Shown: in pieces, positions 23,524-25,336 of the stretch | Position numbering within the stretch: the stretch's first letter is position 1 | How the letters are laid out: every line of letters begins with the position of its first letter | Virus record (IMG/VR): IMGVR_UViG_3300035680_000084 | Coordinates: 1-25,336 of that record | DNA from: a virus | Taxonomy: Duplodnaviria; Caudoviricetes | DNA length: 25,336 bases | Strand: one strand, 5' to 3' | Translations under genes and position numbers: made by a program | Notes under the pieces: generated by a model | What the model was told of the DNA's origin: nothing | The model's input: only the letters and a program-made list of their open reading frames with translations | Database searches by the model: none

Positions 23524-24459
23524 ATGGCTACTTATGTTAAAGACGGATCAGGTTGGCAGGAGTTAGCTAGTTTAGATCGCCCTTACGCAAATGTTTCTGG
23601 TACTTGGCAGCCTGTCAAGAATGTGTATGCGAATGTTTCTGGTACGTGGCAGGAAACGTTTGCATATTTTGAGACTTCTGGTGGTACTTCTTATGATGCT
23701 GGTAGCGGTTACACGGGTGTCTATTTTACTGCTAATGGTACTTTTACTATTTTGGAAGGCACTAGAAATATTGAGTTTGCAGTTGTTGGAGGAGGAGGAG
23801 GAGGCGGAGGCACTGGTCGTAGTACCGCAAGAAATAACCTTGGATATGGTGGCGGTGGTGGTGCTGGAGGATTTGTTCAATCAACATCTACTAATTTAAC
23901 TGTTGGTAGTTATTCAATTACTGTTGGTGGTGGTGGTGCTGGTGGAGTGCCTGCGAGTACCTCACTTATGAGTGGTATAGCCACTGGTGGAAACGGTAGT
24001 GCTGGTACTTCCTCTACGGTTGTCTTTAGTGGTAGCACACTAGTTAGTTCTGCTGGAGGCGATGGAGGAAATGGTGGTCGTGGCAGTTCCTCAACATTCA
24101 CAACCAATCTCGGAGGGACAGGTGGTGCAATGGTTCAAGGCACCGTTATTTCTGGTGGGTCAGGCTTTAGTTCCTCAGGAAGTTTGTCCAATCAAGTTAA
24201 CAGAGGGGGTGGAGGTGGAGGAGTTGGCGGTACGGGTGGAAACGCAACATCAACCATTACTGGAGCAGCAGGTGTAGGTTATACAGCCCCTGGTGGTGGC
24301 TGGAGCAATCTCCCAGGAGTATCTTTTGGTGGTGCAGGTGGTAATGATACTGCTACATACCAATACCCTTACAATGGTACTGGTGGAAATGGATCTGTCG
24401 GGTACGCCTCAGGTTCTACTGGCCTTGCAGGATACGTCTACCTGAGGTGGTTAACATGA
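23524..24459 (+). CDS. Glycine-rich fibre tip / receptor-binding protein
   Basis: ATG 23524; duplicated YANVSGTWQ, then FTANGTF, VVGGGGGGG and GGGGGAGG motifs, ending GYVYLRW. Confidence 0.8.
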   Translation: MATYVKDGSGWQELASLDRPYANVSGTWQPVKNVYANVSGTWQETFAYFETSGGTSYDAGSGYTGVYFTANGTFTILEGTRNIEFAVVGGGGGGGGTGRSTARNNLGYGGGGGAGGFVQSTSTNLTVGSYSITVGGGGAGGVPASTSLMSGIATGGNGSAGTSSTVVFSGSTLVSSAGGDGGNGGRGSSSTFTTNLGGTGGAMVQGTVISGGSGFSSSGSLSNQVNRGGGGGGVGGTGGNATSTITGAAGVGYTAPGGGWSNLPGVSFGGAGGNDTATYQYPYNGTGGNGSVGYASGSTGLAGYVYLRWLT

Positions 24460-24770
24460 GTCATTGGGCACAAATAGACGAAAACAATATTGTTATTAAT
24501 GTGACAGTAGGTAACAACGACGAACCCGACGAAGGTTACCAATGGCTGCTAGACAATATTGGTGGGCGTTGGATTAAAACATCTATTAACACTTTTGCTG
24601 GAGAACACTCGCAAGGTAAAGAACCGGTCAGGTTTAATTATGCTGGTATTGGCTACACCTATGATGAAACACGGGATGCTTTTATTCCGCCAAAACCTGA
24701 AGAACACGAATGGGTTTTGAATGAAACAACATGTCAATGGGATATTGTTGAACCAACAACAAAAGAATAA
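24456..24770 (+). CDS. Small acidic partner of the Gly-rich fibre protein, 104 aa
   Basis: ATGA overlap. The pattern MSHWAQIDENNIV...RFNYAGIGYTYDETRDAFIPPKP typically follows Gly-rich fibre genes. Confidence 0.8.
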   Translation: MSHWAQIDENNIVINVTVGNNDEPDEGYQWLLDNIGGRWIKTSINTFAGEHSQGKEPVRFNYAGIGYTYDETRDAFIPPKPEEHEWVLNETTCQWDIVEPTTKE

Positions 24771-24824
24771 TAATTTCAAATCTACAATTAGATGCCAATT
24801 ATTTGCAACTAGAAAGAAAATATA

Positions 24825-25336
24825 ATGACAACATATCCTGTACTACCCATCATCATGCCCGCCGATCTTGCAGGTCAAAAGAACGGCGAACTCAACCCCG
24901 CTTTGCTACGAGACATCAAAGCACCCAACGGCAAACTGCATCGTCTAGCAGCTACCGCATGGAACGCCATGCAACTCGCCGCATACTTTGACGGGATCGA
25001 ATTGAAGCATGTTGGCGCATACCGCCCTATCACTGAACAGATCAAGTTGTTTAACACTCGTTATCAGGACACACCTACAGGTCGTACTCCACAAGTGACC
25101 CGCAAATATATGGGTAAGACATGGTATTTGAAGAAAGGTTTTGCACCCGCAGGTACTCCCGCCACCAGTAATCATGGGATTGGACTCGCAATCGATGTGG
25201 CCTCAGCGTCAGGGACACGTTTGGCGTGGTTGCTCGGTGACGGATTCATGACTTCTAACGCCCTAAAGTTTGGTTTCTCATGGGAAGTTGCAGACTCCAA
25301 AAACCCAAACAGCGAAGCATGGCATATCCGCTATGT
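24825..25336 (+). CDS. Endolysin, peptidase M15 (VanY/M15B-like Zn peptidase), truncated at the window edge
   Basis: Not in the ORF track because there is no stop. Manual translation MTTYPVLPIIMP...GAYRP...TSNHGIGLAIDV...SEAWHIRY contains SxHxxGxAxD and ExWH. Confidence 0.9.
   Translation, partial: MTTYPVLPIIMPADLAGQKNGELNPALLRDIKAPNGKLHRLAATAWNAMQLAAYFDGIELKHVGAYRPITEQIKLFNTRYQDTPTGRTPQVTRKYMGKTWYLKKGFAPAGTPATSNHGIGLAIDVASASGTRLAWLLGDGFMTSNALKFGFSWEVADSKNPNSEAWHIRY

Noticed and set aside
23788-23810. (GGA)n microsatellite or SD array
   Set aside because: It simply encodes the poly-Gly motif of the Gly-rich domain.
24771-24826. Endolysin promoter (TACAAT at 24783; TTGCAA and TATAAT near the start)
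   Set aside because: TTGCAA-TATAAT spacing is only 12 nt and TATAAT overlaps the ATG; TACAAT lacks supporting elements in an AT-rich gap.

Overview
A 25.3 kb piece of a tailed dsDNA phage genome (Caudoviricetes) with podovirus-like organisation and no tape-measure or tail-tube genes visible. The host is inferred to be an actinobacterium, probably freshwater. The left end (minus strand) carries a replication-initiator gene with internal iteron-like repeats. A divergent promoter region holding CU-rich-loop hairpins then leads into a plus-strand morphogenesis region: large terminase with an N-terminal HTH extension, four small basic proteins, portal, probable internal/ejection proteins, scaffold, major capsid protein and terminator, a fibre/decoration block, a separately promoted Cys/His protein plus glycosyltransferase cassette, tail adaptor/nozzle-like genes, a second fibre block, and a truncated M15 peptidase endolysin. 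Best leads: (1) tandem hairpins whose loops resemble the 16S rRNA anti-Shine-Dalgarno, echoed by a similar hairpin in the scaffold leader; (2) a possible virion-glycosylation module (Thr/Ser repeat protein, a paralogous anchor domain and a GT-B enzyme); (3) a probable TerS-TerL fusion; (4) small Lys-rich proteins with shared termini; (5) strong G+T versus A+C skew switches between co-oriented genes. All product calls come from motifs and gene order read by eye; no searches were run.
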